This document shows positions 26,932 through 41,320 of a stretch of 64,000 bases of DNA, piece after piece. Source of the stretch: Camelus dromedarius (taxonomy: Eukaryota). The stretch lies in contig NC_087437.1 in NCBI RefSeq assembly GCF_036321535.1, positions 43,278,001 to 43,342,000 on the forward strand. The letters run 5' to 3'. Numbering within the stretch: the stretch's first letter is position 1; every line of letters begins with the position of its first letter. The translations under genes were made by a program, and so were the position numbers. The notes below the pieces were generated by a model that was not told where the DNA came from, did not search any database, and saw only the letters and a program-made list of their open reading frames with translations.

Positions 26932-27066
26932 TGTGTTATTATTACATGTAATAATATAAATAATAATGTATGCAATAATGTATGCAACATAATGTATGCA
27001 ATATTGTGTTATTATTACATGTAATAAATATAAATAATAATGTATGCAATAATAATGTATGCAATA
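26932..27066. repeat. Tandem duplication (period ~73 bp) with internal ATAATGTATGCA subrepeats
   Basis: Copies start at 26932 and 27005; five copies of the 12-mer. Confidence 0.9.
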
Positions 27067-27339
27067 CACACACAAGTACTTTCATCTATGCTTCTTTATT
27101 TCCAAGAAGATTTAAAATAGCATTTGGATACAACAGATACATAAAAAGTTTTTAATATTGAATTAAAGTCATGATTCACAATCTAGGAATGCTAGAAGTT
27201 TCCTTCCGAGAAGGAAGGGAGAAGTGGTCACCTGTCAAATACTGAAAATGAGAAACTTAGAACAGGAGAATGACTATAGCTCAATAGACTTAAGGAATTT
27301 AGAAAAATAATATATCTACATATCACTTTGACATTTGTG

Positions 27340-27510
27340 AATTGTTTTCACAGTTCTTTCCTCATTTGATCCTCACGAGATCTCAGTAAAGTTGGCAAGG
27401 TAAATATTAATAATTCCAGTTTGTATGTGGGACATCTGAGACTCAGTGATGTTAGTAAGGATGGCTCTACTGCTAGGTCTGCATGCCAGAGCTGGAACTT
27501 GCAACCAGGT
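27340..27510 (-). mobile_element. MIR SINE
   Basis: ctcatttgatcctcac...ctgagactcagtgatgttagt...ccagagctggaacttgcaaccagg. Confidence 0.65.
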
Positions 27511-29369
27511 AACCTCATCAGGATAAGAATGTAAATTCAGAATGGTTAAGATAAATCTGTAACATGAGTCTTTGCCATCATGACTATAAGGGGTATTAAA
27601 GATACCAGAATGCTTTGGAGTGCAGCCCTAACTTTATAATGCCTCACATACCAAGTCTCAAGCATTATGACAACTCTACAGTAACTTAAGAGTCTTATAA
27701 AATTATCGTAACACAAAATATAATTGGAGGTTTAAAGTGTTATTCTTGCTATGAAGTTAATGGTTCTTCGGGATTAGCACCATATTACTACAACTGCTGT
27801 TCCTATTGCTATCACAACTGATATTACAGTAGTAATAATCATAACACTACTAACAACAATATTAATGATGGTTTACTGATTTACAGGCCTCACTGTACAT
27901 TGCAAGGTGGAGGAGTTTATAAATTTATTTTTAAGAGAAAAAAGTATAAAGTCCTGCCAATATATTCTCACCAATGGAACAATGTAAACTTAGGAAAACA
28001 ATTATGGTTTCATGCAATTTTCTTTAGCAACTTCTTCCAGGCAATTTAAATTTAATTGATTTTGTTAATTCCATACTTTAATGTGGTATTATGATTTATG
28101 AAAGAACCTCCTAGACTTCTGAGATTCAACTTACGTCTCCTCCATTACTGAAAAAGGTAAGTTTTCAGACCCTGTTGCTAGGCCTGTATCGTAATGTTTC
28201 TACATTCAGACAGTGTAGTGCAATCCCATTGGTAGCATCAAAAGTTAGAATATAGCATTTTCTATAAATTCAAGTTAAAATGAGCATTTCTGTTTTGGAT
28301 TTTTTTCTAAGGCTGTCAACAAAATGATAATGCTCACATGGAGAAGGAGCTCCTGAATATATAATTACTTGTTAAATTGATCTAAAGGCCCTGTATTGAA
28401 CTACTGGGTATCATGCTATTTATCTTTGAAAATCACATAATATATGTTACAAAAATCATCAAATATATTTTCATAATAGGTGTTAATATTTCCTTTGAAA
28501 CTTTTGAATCCCTTTTAATATTAACATGATGGACTAAATAATTTTAAAATTGTATGTTGAGGAAACAATTTTGTTCTTTTTCCCTAAACTATACATAAAA
28601 ATGATAAGAAATAGGAAATTGAGAGTACTCCATTTTCATTCTTAATTTGCCTTTTTGATAGTTTGTACTGTGGGTATTTTTTTTTCAAGACAAAAAAAGA
28701 TTTTGTATATTTCTTGATGCATATAAAATTAAGTAAAAGCATACATGTACTTTAGGGTAACATTTCTATTGATTTTTAAAAGTGTTTATATTTAAATGTA
28801 CTCATCATAGAAATTATACAATAAAGGAAAATCTGCTTTAGGACAGTTAACATAGACTAGTCTTCATTCTTTATGAGACAGTCTGAATTTTAAAAGAATG
28901 TCTACTATAAAAGTATCTGAAGATTCTGAAAAGCCTTTTGTTCCATAATGATATTCATTAATGTACGATATGTTGAGCAAAAGGAATAGCTGTCACCTGA
29001 AGTAGACTCTTTGGTTATCTGAGTCTTTACACAGAAAAACAAACTTGGTGTCATGCTGAATATTCACATTCAAATTCCACCGTATGAGAAGTTCTACTTG
29101 TATCCACATACTGATGGGCTAATTTATTCTTTCTACTGCAGAGTATTTTCCCAGCATATTTAGTAGTATACATTTAGTTTTCTTTTTCACTGCTTCAAGT
29201 CAAAAATAAATTAAAAAAATAATTAGCTAAAATGTATGTGTGTGGCTGTGATTAGATTCTGTGCAGAGGAGGGAGGTGGGAAGAGGGCAGACACTATGAG
29301 GTTCTAGACAGTGGGTATTTGTCATCTGAAATTTTGTATAATTTCAAGTTGTTAAATAATCAACTTGTA

Positions 29370-29770
29370 TTTTTTAAACAGCTTTACTGAGGTGTAATTG
29401 ATGTACAAAAAACTGGGCATATTTAATGTATACAGTTTGGTGAGTTTAGACATATTCACGTACCCACAAAACCATCACCACAATCAAGGTATCAATCAGG
29501 ATATCACTCCATCATATCCATCACCTCCAAAAGTTCCCTTGTGTCTCTTTGTTGTTATTGTTGTTTGTGGTAAGAACACTTAATATGAGATCTACCTTCT
29601 TAACAAAATGTCCTCCAGGTTCATCTATGTTGTCACAAATAGTAGGATTTTCTTCTTATTTAAGGCCAAGTAATATTCCATTATATGTATATGCCACATT
29701 TCTTTATCCATTCATCTATTATGGACATTCAGATGGTTTCCTTAACTTGGCAATTGTGAATAGTGCTTCA
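29370..29770 (-). mobile_element. L1MA/L1MB-type 3' fragment with an internal deletion
   Basis: aacagctttactgaggtgtaattgatgtacaa...aaaccatcaccacaatcaagg...tcctccaggttcatctatgttgtc...attgtgaatagtgct. Confidence 0.8.
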
Positions 29771-31479
29771 CTGAAAACATGTATTTTTGAAAGTTTACAA
29801 ATGGCATGCTTACAGATGAAAAAAAAGTTATCTAGTCTTACTTTGATTGGACAGAATAGGAAACAGTGCTACAAGGTAAGTGATAAGGAGTGATGGAAGA
29901 ATTGAGTCTAGAACCAGATTTTTTGATTCCCAAGTCAAGGCTTGTTTCTTTACATAGTGCCTGGCTAACCTTAACATTTTGCTTGCTTTGTGTGAACATT
30001 TAAAATTGTGTACCACCTGGTCAACTTGCTATTTTGACCATGGGAAAATGGAAAGACATATTTTGGTAATCAGTTATATAAGAACAACATTTTATTTTTA
30101 TCTGTTTTAACATCAGATTTGGCCAAATGTATAGTCTTGTAAAATAAGTATGATCTCCAATTTTGAATAATTTGCAATTATCATATTTTGGATAATTTAA
30201 ATATATCATATTTTGTTTGACCAGCTGCAAATATATGACATTTTATTTGAAAAGTTAACTTTTAGCCTTTATATAGTGATTTGTTCAATTACTGATTTAG
30301 GTGATCACATTTTTCAAGTGAAAATTTCCTTAGTGATTTTATCTGCCCTTGAAGAGTTAAGTTCTTTGTTTTATATGATAAATAGCTTGTTACCAACCCC
30401 AATCTTAAAGTCACTCCACTAGAATATATGTTTAATGTGAACAGGGGTTTGTCTACCTAATTCAGTGCTGGATTCCCAGCCCTAAATCCCTGCCTGTCAC
30501 AAAGAGCTTTTCAAGAAGTATTTGTTGAATGAATGAATGATTCATTGCTGCTTTTCTATGGAACTTGTGAAAAAAAAAAGTTAATGATGTCGGTAGAGTT
30601 TCAGAATATTTCCTAGAACTTCTGAATTGCTTAGAGAGAGAGAAAAAAATTGGGCCTTATGATTGCTGAGGCAATGGATTCTATACTCATAGAATGAAAT
30701 TGTCTCTATGTTTGGAATCCTGAGAGTGTGCGGATAAAAACATGATGTGCAAGCAGTCTAGTTTGACTGATGCTTCACATGGAAAGTCTTACTGATATCG
30801 AACTATATTTTTCCTCCTGCATATATTCATCCAGTTCAAGATGTTAGAGTGTGTGAGTTATTTTTTATTCAAGAAGCCATTTTTCTTAGTTTAATTTTAT
30901 ATTATCAGGAATCAAATTTTGAAGAGAAAATTAAACCCTCCCACTGTTCTTTCTTTAACCCCTTGAAATGGATGACTACTTTTTCTTTAGAGATTAGGAT
31001 ACAAGGCAGTATGTTATTTCACATTTGGTTAATGTGAGTAAAAAATACATACATATCCATCAAACTTTCTTAATTCATTAAACTTAAGTAAGACAATCGC
31101 CATTGCCCTGTTTATCATTTTGTTACTTTTTTTTAAGTTTCAACTTAATTTAGAATATTTACCTGGTTATAAAATTGTCATATTCTTAAACAGTGAGTTT
31201 TCACCCAGTGGTAAGGGAGGTCAGATCTTCAGCCACATGAGACCCTGAAGACCCTCTGAGGGACTCTAAAACCTTAAAAAGAAAGGGACTTGTTTTTAAT
31301 TGTGGTAAGACTATTTAACACAAGATCTACCCTCTTATCAAGTGTTTAAGGCTGTGTGGGTAATCCGTAAATTACCCAAACAATTGTGACAATCAAAGGG
31401 GAATAAATTCATATGGGTTGACAAAAGCACTGCATCACATTAGGAAATGTGTTATTATGGCTGAAGCCAACAGCCCTGT

Positions 31480-31630
31480 TACTATTGTTCCCTCTTAGCT
31501 GATAAAGCAACTGAGGCCCAGAAAAATATAAGTAGCCTGAAATATTCACACTCTTAGTAAATGGTTGATGTGCACATCGGAACCCAGAGGCAACCTGAGA
31601 CAGAGATACCAGCCTAACTATGGTGCTGTT
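31480..31630 (-). mobile_element. MIR SINE fragment
   Basis: gataaagcaactgaggcccaga...ttagtaaatgg. Confidence 0.6.
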
Positions 31631-32299
31631 TTACCAATGAAAACCTGGCTTAGGGTATATTTTATACTTAATTTGACAGAAAAAAATGAGCTTGGAAATT
31701 TAGTGACTGGTTTTGAGGTAAAAAGACATGCCTGGACTTATGAGTAAGAAAATAATGGTGGATAATAACTAGGCACCTAATGGTGGGAGACTATAAAGAG
31801 GATACAAAGTACCTACACAGCAAGGAGGGTCGCACTAAGAATGTGAGCATGGAAAGCAAGCATTGATATGCCTCCCCAGTTTTTAATACTCTTACAACCT
31901 GACTACAGCTTACCTGCACAACTTCATTTCTTCCAGCATCTCTGAAGACATTATAGCTGTCACCCTACTCTGAGAATTATAAACATACAGATGATTTTGC
32001 ACTGTGAGCATAGAAACAACTAGCTTTATAGTGATTATTTCCCACTTTTCCCCCCAAGTGTCTAAGGAATTCTGAAGTTTTTGGAAAATTTTGAAAACTC
32101 TACCAAATTATCTTTATATCTATATCTATGTCTATATATTCCCAAACCCATACCAGTCAAATGTTACAAAATTACTTGTTGTTGTAAATGGATCATTAGT
32201 TCTAGATTATACATTTTCCCCAAATATAGATCATCTAGCTTGACCTCATCCCACCCCTTGTAAATGAAGTGTACTTATCCATTAAGGCAGGTTTGGGAA

Positions 32300-33130
32300 A
32301 ATTTGAATCTAGCACCTGAAGTGGATGAAATTGGAGGATTGTCTTGGTATTTGCAAACTGTACAGGACAGGAGAAAGTTGTTCGGGGGGATGGAGGAGGA
32401 GTTCAGTTATTTACGTGTTTACTGAGTTAAGCTGATAATGAGATAGTGAGGTGGCAGTGCCCACTGAGCAGTAGCAAACACGATCTATAGTCCTGGAGAG
32501 ATCTGTTGTCGGAGGTGTACATTTGGATGGTATGCACTGAGGGCATAGCAAGTGAAGTTACTAAAGGAGAAATATTGGAGAGCAAAATATATTGAAGGTA
32601 GAAACTTTGAGAAAGCAGAACTCAGAACAAAGAAGATGGATCAGCATAAGTTAAGAAACACAGAAGTGAAGGGGGAGCCAAAGAATGAAATATGATGGAA
32701 AGGAATGGTGAGTCCTCCAAGAAGGCAATGGAAAAATGCTGATGATTCTGAAGGTCATGGGTGACATTGGGAACATAGACTTTATAGAATGATAGGGCCA
32801 GAATTCAGATGGCAAATGATTAAGGGACATATGTTTATCAGGGTTGGGGTGGGAGTCCTTGTAGACTGCTCTGTCAAGAAGTTTGGGGAGTGAAGGAAAG
32901 TAAGACACGGAGGGTGTTTTGAGGGGAAAACCTAATGGAGGAAAAGTGCTGTACGTATTTCGCTTTCACATATTGGTGGAGTGTATGGGTTTGGTTGTAT
33001 GTGGCTACGTATGTTTGGAGGAGTGGTCCTGGACGTTTCTAAGGGAAATTAAATATGAAAACAAAACCAGTGGAGAATGAGACCTTGATAAAGGAATGCA
33101 TATTCGATGTAACAAGTTCCTGAAACACAA
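32300..33130 (-). mobile_element. L2 LINE internal (RT region) fragment
   Basis: Minus-strand SEFWPYHSIK resembles L2 QSGFRPHHSTE; tcaagaagtttggggagtgaagg. Confidence 0.6.
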
Positions 33131-34153
33131 GGGAGAGGCCGAAGTATTCAGGCCTGGAATCAAATTTCCTTTTTGGCAAATTTAATAGAAAAGTAAGAAA
33201 AGTTTCCAGTGTATTTCATCTGCTTTTACCTATAATTTCTTGAGTTAGGCTGTAATTACTGAAAGGGTGGAACAATGAATAATAGTGTTTTCCATTGTTT
33301 CATTACAGGCATTTCTTTAACAGAGTAAGCATAGTTTCAGTCTTATTTGACATGGTAATTCAATGTTCCCACTCATTTAACAGGTTTTTTTAGTCTGCAG
33401 TATGGTTTACACACGATATGAGGGGTTAGAAACAGAGTTGCTGCTGAGTTCGAGGAGTTCGGTCTCCTCGTTTAAAATGACCAGCAGCTATAACGCAAAG
33501 GAGACTGTGACGTAGGAGTGAAGACATTATCTTATGATCTCTGGAAATTCTTTGTACTGACAAAATGCCATGCATTTAAGGTGATATCTGTAGTGAGGAA
33601 GAGAGTTTGGGGAAAAGGCCACTGGATTATGTGAAAAGGAGTTCTTCAGTGATCTTAATGGATAGTTATTTCCATGAAATGGTATCGCACTTTTCATGTT
33701 GTTAGCTCCATGCTCTCGCCAATCCTGCTGATATTAGCTGAACAAATTCTAATATATTAGCAGCCTTATATGGCTATTTATGGTAGAGCAAATATATTTT
33801 TGAGGTAGTCTTACAATGTGTAAAATGAGTTTGTGCCTTGATGATCAAACCCTACAATTTTATTTTAGCATCAGTACATAATAGGGCATGCTTTATCGGA
33901 CCTTCAATGGCTTGCGTGTGCTGTGAAGCAAAACGTAAGACCACATTCTATCTACTTCCTACTATAGAACCTCTAGGTTAATGATCCTCTATTAAACAAA
34001 AGCAAAGAAACAAATTAAACAGAAAACAAAAAGAAAGAAAGAAAAAACACACACCCTGGAGTATCTTAATGTTATTATAATGAGAAATTTCTACTGTTAT
34101 ATAGAGAAGATTTACTCTTTTCAAATATTACTTTAGGAATCAGTAATATTTAT

Positions 34154-34204
34154 GATAGATAAATAGATAGATAGGTAGGTAGATAGATACATAGATACAT
34201 AGAT
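34154..34204. repeat. Imperfect (GATA)n tetranucleotide repeat
   Basis: Direct read. Confidence 0.85.
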
Positions 34205-34224
34205 CAATCCAGGAGCAGCTTAAT

Positions 34225-34350
34225 AAGAACCATAGAATTTTAGAGCTAGTAGGGATTTAATAGAAATTATGTAGTCCAGCTCCCTTCTTTATAGGTGAAA
34301 ATTTGAGGTGAGATATTAGAGGAAGAAATAGGGCTGGAATCTAATTCTTT
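34225..34350 (-). mobile_element. MIR3-like SINE
   Basis: catagaattttagagctag...tagtccagctccct. Confidence 0.6.
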
Positions 34351-36269
34351 TTACTCTTATATTTTTTTCCATTAATATATATTTCTTAGTTTAAAATAAT
34401 TGTACATTCAAAATTTTAATTTAAAATATTTTGATATCATAGCATTGAACACCTTGTCCTATAACCATCTCTTTAGTCATCTATTTATCACTCACCTCTA
34501 GATTGGTAACTTTCCTGATGGGCAAGAGCTCTGTTTTGCTAGTTTGTGTCCCAGGTACGAGTACAACTCCTACAACATAATAGATAGTTTGAAAATATTA
34601 GTAAGAATGAACTAATGAGCCGTCTTAGTTGCACGTTTCTAAATCCTCCACTCAGGGCTCCATCCAGCGTTGCCAGAGGAAGCTTCATTGAACAGAAAAA
34701 CCTGTCTGCACTCTCTGTTAAATCCTGTGGCGTACTCGGGTGCACCCTCCACAGAGGACAGGTGGCCCCAGGCTCAGTGCTTTCGTGTAAGGTAAACTGG
34801 CCCTGGTTTTTCAGGGACATTTCCAAGCCATTTAGAATGGAAGTTAGAAACAGATTTGGAGATTACCTGGAGTGTCTAGGATCAGAGAAGATGGAAGGAG
34901 GGTCGGATGGACCCAAGATGTGGAATGTTCATGCAGATTCCACCAAATTGCAAGTTTCTTAATTTTCTTGATGCTACAAACTTAAATATGGGGTAGTAGA
35001 GAATCTGATTTCACTGTGTGCCATCTGTGCACATTTCTCTAAATGTCTTGAATTGAACCATTGATCATCTTGTTGGGGAGAGACTGATGATATTTTACTG
35101 AGGAGGAAAATGAGACATGAGAAGATTAACTCATTTGCTCAAGAGTGAAATGAATTATGTGGCTCACAGTATTACACCAATCTGATACTTTCCTTTCCAC
35201 GTATTAATATCACTGAACTCACAGTGATATCACTCACTTCTAGGATGGTAGTTTTCTTGATGGGCAAGAGCAATGCCATCTATGAGTCTATGAGTTACTA
35301 AATTAAATGGAAGCTTTTCTTCTAATAACCATGTGAATGGTGGACAAACATTGTCTTCATGTCTAAATGAGTCAAGGAACCACTCTAGTAAATATCTCCT
35401 TGGAGCATCAATAGTTTACAAAATTTAAAACCTTCCTTTAGTTAATGTTTTTTTTGGTTTCTACTGCTCCATGAGTGCACAAGAATGGAAAATGTTAAAA
35501 TTGCCCCTGATGTTTAGTAATATTCCTAAGTAGTTGTCTTAAAAAGTATATTAAAGGTGCCTCTTTTACACATCTTTCTTTATCTGATTAAATGTTTAAA
35601 GAACTACTGTTTGAAATGATAAACTTGCAAAAGACAGTTAAATATGTTCTTGTTTAAAAGAGAACACTGCAGTGAAAAGGTTGTTTAAAGGATATCTTGT
35701 GACTGCATTCTGAGATGACAACTGAAAAATGGCTTTGTTTTGCTCTTTTTTTTTTTTTGCCAGATTTTTTATACATTACTTAGATCTCTCAATGCATTTT
35801 TCTCACATATTAAAGATAGTAAGATTTTTATATTACTTACCAAATGCAAATTAAACACAAAGGGAAAACATTACATTTTGATCAAGTTCTCAATTCTTCA
35901 AATAAATGTTTCCAACAATGACTGCTGCCAGGTCTATTAGAAAAGTTAGCTTTAAAGACAGTGGTTTATTCTGAAGAGTTTTTTAAAAGCAGTATTATTG
36001 TATTACCTTAGGCACTCCTAAAAAGTAAATTCATTATAAAGTTATTTTATAAATATGTAAAAAAGATAAAAGTTTATTATGTTATGAAATTCATCCCCTT
36101 TCACCTTTTCCCACTTATATCTTTCTGAATTACAGCCTGGGCTGCATGGGAACATTTTAAAAAAATAGCAATAAGTTTCACCATACCAGTTATTCCCCTT
36201 AAGGATAATTATTTTCATTCAACCAATAAAGTAATAGAAGAAAAGCTTACATTCAATGCCATTTACTTG

Positions 36270-36840
36270 CATAATTCAATAAACATTTATTGAAGATTTG
36301 AAACAGGTTAGGTGAATATAAAGTCAAAGAGAGGAATAAAAGTTATTTAATAAACAAATGCTTTCTCCTCTTAAGAAGCTTACAGTCTAATGAAAGGAGT
36401 AAGTAACAAACAAGTCTATTAGATTCCCCTGTCCTGAGCATTACTCTATGCCAGCGATTTTGTTAGTGACACAGCATGATTTTTCAAGCCCTATTCCTGG
36501 ATTTAGATTATAGATTCTCCAATTACTAACTATGAGACCTTGAGCATGTTACTTAACCCCTCTTTCCTTTTCTGTAAAATAATAATTGTCGTATCTAATG
36601 TAGTTACGGTAATTTAATAAACTGATAAGAGTAGAGATCCCAGAAGAGTGCTTGGCACACAGTAAGCATGAAATCAATATTATCTGTTAATAACTAGAAT
36701 CCTCCTTCCACATTTATGAGTTAGGTATCATAATCTCTGATAGACAGAGAACCTTGGAGACATCAGATCTTTCCCAAAGTTGTGCACTAGAGGGAACAGA
36801 GCCATGAGTTAGACCCATGTCAGCTCACCAGACTCCCCAT
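36270..36840. mobile_element. Cluster of L2 and MIR fragments
   Basis: ttcaataaacatttattga (L2); gaccttgagcatgttacttaacc...tctgtaaaat...gtgcttggcacacagtaagc (MIR). Confidence 0.65.
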
Positions 36841-38009
36841 TACACTGGTCTTCACAATGGCTTTCAAATTCATTTTAATGGCTAGAAATCTTTAAGTCAT
36901 GTATCTCACAAGGTGGTAATAGTATAAAACTATATTTTTTCTACTGCAGATGTCACCTTTGTGAATGCTAAAATGCCTTACTCTTTCATTGCTTTTAGCA
37001 TTAAAAATATATGTATATATAATGCTATTTCCCCCTGAACTTCAAAGGAAAGGAAGATTTGAAATAAGTGATAGACCTTCTAGAATATTGGCCTGCATAT
37101 AGTGAAGTATAGACGGTCACCTTCCAATTTGGAATACTTAGTTGATTTTCTCAGATATTTTTTTCTTCTATTTTTAATAGATAATTCATTTAATCTTTAT
37201 TGGAATTGTTTTACCTCCTATGGGGGTTTAATGAGTTGTGAACTATTTTATTTTCTAGCTTTTATAGAACTGAATAGTATCTATTGACATTAAAAATTAA
37301 ACCACTCATAAGGAATTGAAAAGCCATTTCTAGGTAAAAACTGTGTGGTGGGGGTAGGGGGTGGCAAGTTGCAAGTGAGATGAGAAGGCAATTGAACCTC
37401 CTAAAACTGCAGTACAGATACAGGATACTTCTAATTATTTTATGTACAGTTTATCATCAACTTTCCTTGGGCTACAGATGATTTTTTAAATTATTACATA
37501 AGCTTTGCAATAACTAACATAATTAAAAGATAATTTTTTCCATTGGGAGGAAGGATTATATTTGTTCCTTTGACTTGATATTGTTTTGCTTGAATTATTC
37601 TATATGTAGTTCCAGATAAATATGCACTTAAACTCATATTGATAGTCACTTTCCTAAGTCTCTGCTGAACTTTGTAGACATTAAGGGACAAAATGACAGT
37701 CACTCTTTAGTTGACTCCATGTGCTGTCACTCAGTCAACCTGAAAAATCATGAGACAAATTAGGCAAAGAGAGACTGCAGGGTGTCAGTGGCTCCTTCAT
37801 CTGAATAAGTCTGACAACCTACAAACAATAGAAGGATTCACATGTTACTGAAAGCTTCTTTGAAAATTCATACTGTTTTTTAATATAAAATCTGTGGCAT
37901 GCAGAATGTTAAGTACTTATTAGGATTAGTAATTCAGCTTGATTTAAGTATGAGTTCCATGCTGTCATAAAACACTGCTTTAAGTCAATGCTAATGACTT
38001 GTCCTTAGT

Positions 38010-38028
38010 CAAGCACTAGGGGGCAGCA
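38010..38028 (+). promoter_or_regulatory. Candidate CTCF binding motif
   Basis: GCACTAGGGGGCAGCA versus core CCASYAGRKGGCRSYA (one mismatch), with several CpGs retained nearby. Confidence 0.45.
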
Positions 38029-38394
38029 CCGGGAACATGGGAGGGAAGCGGCGTCATAAGGTAAGAAGGGTACCCATCAGGAAATGATCCCTTCTCCGGC
38101 TTCAGCCTCTAATGTGGATTTCGGTAACTCATTTCAACTACCTGAGGCTCTTTCTTCATATATAAAACTATGACAGTTAAACCAGACGATTTCTGTATTC
38201 CCCTACTGTGATGCAATTCTCAGATCTCATGTCATCGAAAAATCTCTAGTTAATAAATAGATGTGTTCTTTCAGAAGCGTAAGTGACTCAGTTCATTGAT
38301 ACCACCAAGTATATTTGAGCTCAAATGCAAGCAAGTCATATATACTAAAATGAGATATGTTTATCTAAGTGTAATGTTTTCTCTATGCTAATGT

Positions 38395-40500
38395 ATTTGT
38401 TTTAATTACATATGTACATATTTCTTCATATAAGTGTAATACCGTGGAAAACTCAAGTAATACAGAAAAAATATAATGAAGTGTGTAAAAAGCCCTGAAG
38501 TCTCATTGCTCACAGGCATCCACTGAAAATAGTTTGGTAAACATCTTTCCAAACATCAGTCTTTGCATTAACACATACTAAGGTAATATAAAATTTTATA
38601 TAAACTGCATTTTATACATACATATCTGTACATGTATATGTGTGTGTATTTCCATTTAACAACATAACCAGGACATCTCTTCATGGTAATGAATTTACTT
38701 ATTAATGATAAATATGATAATTACCCAAGGTAATCTGGATAGATCCCCACAGGACAAGTTCTCTTTCTTAAAAATCACCATGTTGTAATTTTTGACTTGT
38801 GCTTAGATCTTCCTCACGGTATGATTAGAAATACACTACCCTTGCCTTCTTCTACTGCATTCATGAAAATCTGGGGGGAGGATAATATTTAATTCTTAAT
38901 GCTATCTGGAATTCAGCGTAAAGAGTGAGTTAAAGATACACGTCCCTATTTGACAACCAATTATCCCTGCTCTTTTTTGGTTGAAACATTTTCATTCATG
39001 ATCTTAAATACTTTCGTGAAGCACACATTAAATTAAGAAATTTTATAGTTACTTGGGTCTATCTTTGGACTCTTTTTTTTTCCTGTTCTATTTGTCTTTT
39101 AATCTTTAATGCTGTGTATACCATGGTATTTTCACTTAGCTACATGTATCAGGTTTTATATCTCATGGGTCAAGACCATTTCACACACATTCATTACTTT
39201 TTTGTTCATTAGTTTTCTAACTATGTTCAGAAGTTTTTTTTTCTGACAAATTTTAGAATATTTCATCAAATCCAACCTCCTAAAAATTCATGATAAGATT
39301 GTCATTAATTCTGTAGTGAATGTGTAAATTAAGTTAATAAAGATAAACACCTTTTACAATGTCAAGTCATTCATTTCCAAGAATAAGGTCTCTCCTATTT
39401 TCAAGTCTTTGATGTTTATTTCAGTAGACACATCTATCTAGGTCATATACATTTGTGGTTATATTTAATCCTAGATTTTTCAGGGTTTTGTTAAGGCACA
39501 TTTGAGACCATTTTTAAAATTAAACTTTACAGGTGGTTACTTTCTGAAGTGATTCATGACCAGCCATCTTAACAAATGATTTTATACTTTCTAATAACAA
39601 AATTTGCAAGTAAACAGCCAAAATATTTGAAAATATTAGTAATCTCATCCCTACACAACTATGGAAAATGAGGGCTAGATCCAAGTTTATTTGCTAACAA
39701 TATTATCCTTTTCTTTACCAACATCGGCCTGTGGAAGATAATAAATAAGTGTTAATGTGTTAAAGATTTGTATCTTGTGGTGCTGGCTTATGACTTAAAC
39801 AAGCGAGGGCACATCTTCTTATTGTGCCTTATTTCAGGAATGCTTCAAGAATCCTACCTTTAAGCCAAACTCGGTCTTTTGGTCAGAGTCATAGCATACT
39901 CATGCTAAAATGCTAAAGAACTACCCATCCACCTCTTATACGTAAGAGTCTTATTAAAAATAGACAACATTTTATCACATGCAGTTTGATACCATTTGAC
40001 TCTTTTTTATCCCCATACACCTGTTAATATAGTAAACTAGCATGTTTCCAGTTTATATGGGGCCTAAAACTTTTTTAACTGTAAGGACCCTCTTTAAGAA
40101 AAGAATATAGAATTATGAGTGCCTGGTTGGGTCTGAAAGTGAATTATTATTTAGAATGTAAAAAGAAAACCTGCCATGGAATAGTCTTCAAGGAGTAAAA
40201 ATATTTAACCTAATGCTTCATCAAATTCATCTTGTAGTGAATTGTAAAGAATTTCTAATGTTTAAGTAACCTTATATTTCTGAAGTGAACCCTACTTGGT
40301 CATGGCATAATTCATTGAATATCTTGCTTGATTCTATTTTTTTAATGTGTTTGAATTTTTTTCATGCATGTACAATTGTTTTCTAGCATCTTTTTTTAAG
40401 GATGTATTTGTAAAGTTTTAAATCAGTGACGTTGTTTTTGTAAAAACAAATAAATACCCTTTCCTTTCTTTATATTTTCTGTATTTCAGTGGAATTTAGT
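38395..40500 (-). mobile_element. Fragmented old L1 (L1ME/L1M) region
   Basis: gggtctatctttggactct; gagggcacatcttcttattgtgcct; aaccttatatttctgaagtgaaccctacttggtcatgg are antisense L1 ORF2-like segments. Confidence 0.55.
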
Positions 40501-41262
40501 ATTCATGCTTCAACTTATATATAAATATATCTTTTATATTCTTGAAATTATAAATAACAACTTGACCTATTAGTAGATGTTCATAAATAGAACAATATCA
40601 TTTTAGTTTGAAAAAAGTCATATTTTTAAGTCATCATGCTGATGTTGATAGAGCATAAAGATAAAAATGTTTCCAGATAGTCTCAAGTGAGTTTATTTTT
40701 GGTCATCCAGTCTGCCTATATTATTGCTATTTCAATATGGTTGCTGATTAGGAATTTAGGCAAAATACACCAAGTCTTCTACACCTTTATATCCATATCT
40801 TCTTCACCTTGCACACTGTTCTATGTTTAAGACACGGCATAATCACATGTAACCTGCTTCATTAATCAACTCCTTAGACATCCTCCTAGATTTTAGGTGT
40901 AGGTTGTCAGTGTGGTGGTACCATCACAGACAGAATAGCAACTAATGACACCTTTATACGATTGGCAGCTAGTAAATTATTTGTGAGGTACAGGAATATC
41001 TCTCTCTCGTTAATCTCATTCTTGATGCTTCTGGGACTTAAAGAATTGCATTTATGAACTTCTTATAATAGTTTCAGTACATCTGAAAAGTCAGATAACA
41101 AAGTATAAACTGCATTTTATACAGTATTAGTTACATTTTTATATAAGATACTTAATAACTTTTCTTCCAAATCCAGTCCCCCTTTCAGAGGCAGTTCTTT
41201 TATATGTAAAGCAGTAGATTTAATATTAGAGCCAATCTAAAAATAAATATAATAAATACACT

Positions 41263-41320
41263 ACAGAGTGTCCAAAAAGTCTAATACAGGGGAAATTGCA
41301 TATTTACACTACTGCACACT
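41263..41320. mobile_element. Possible Tc1/mariner-type DNA transposon end
   Basis: TA followed by cagagtgtccaaaaagtc, resembling a CAGGGTGTCC terminal repeat; the partner end was not found. Confidence 0.3.

Noticed and set aside
26932..27066. CRISPR-like array or loxP site (ATAATGTATGC resembles the loxP core)
   Set aside because: No unique spacers, no cas genes and no 13-bp loxP arms; an AT-rich tandem duplication in a mammalian intron.
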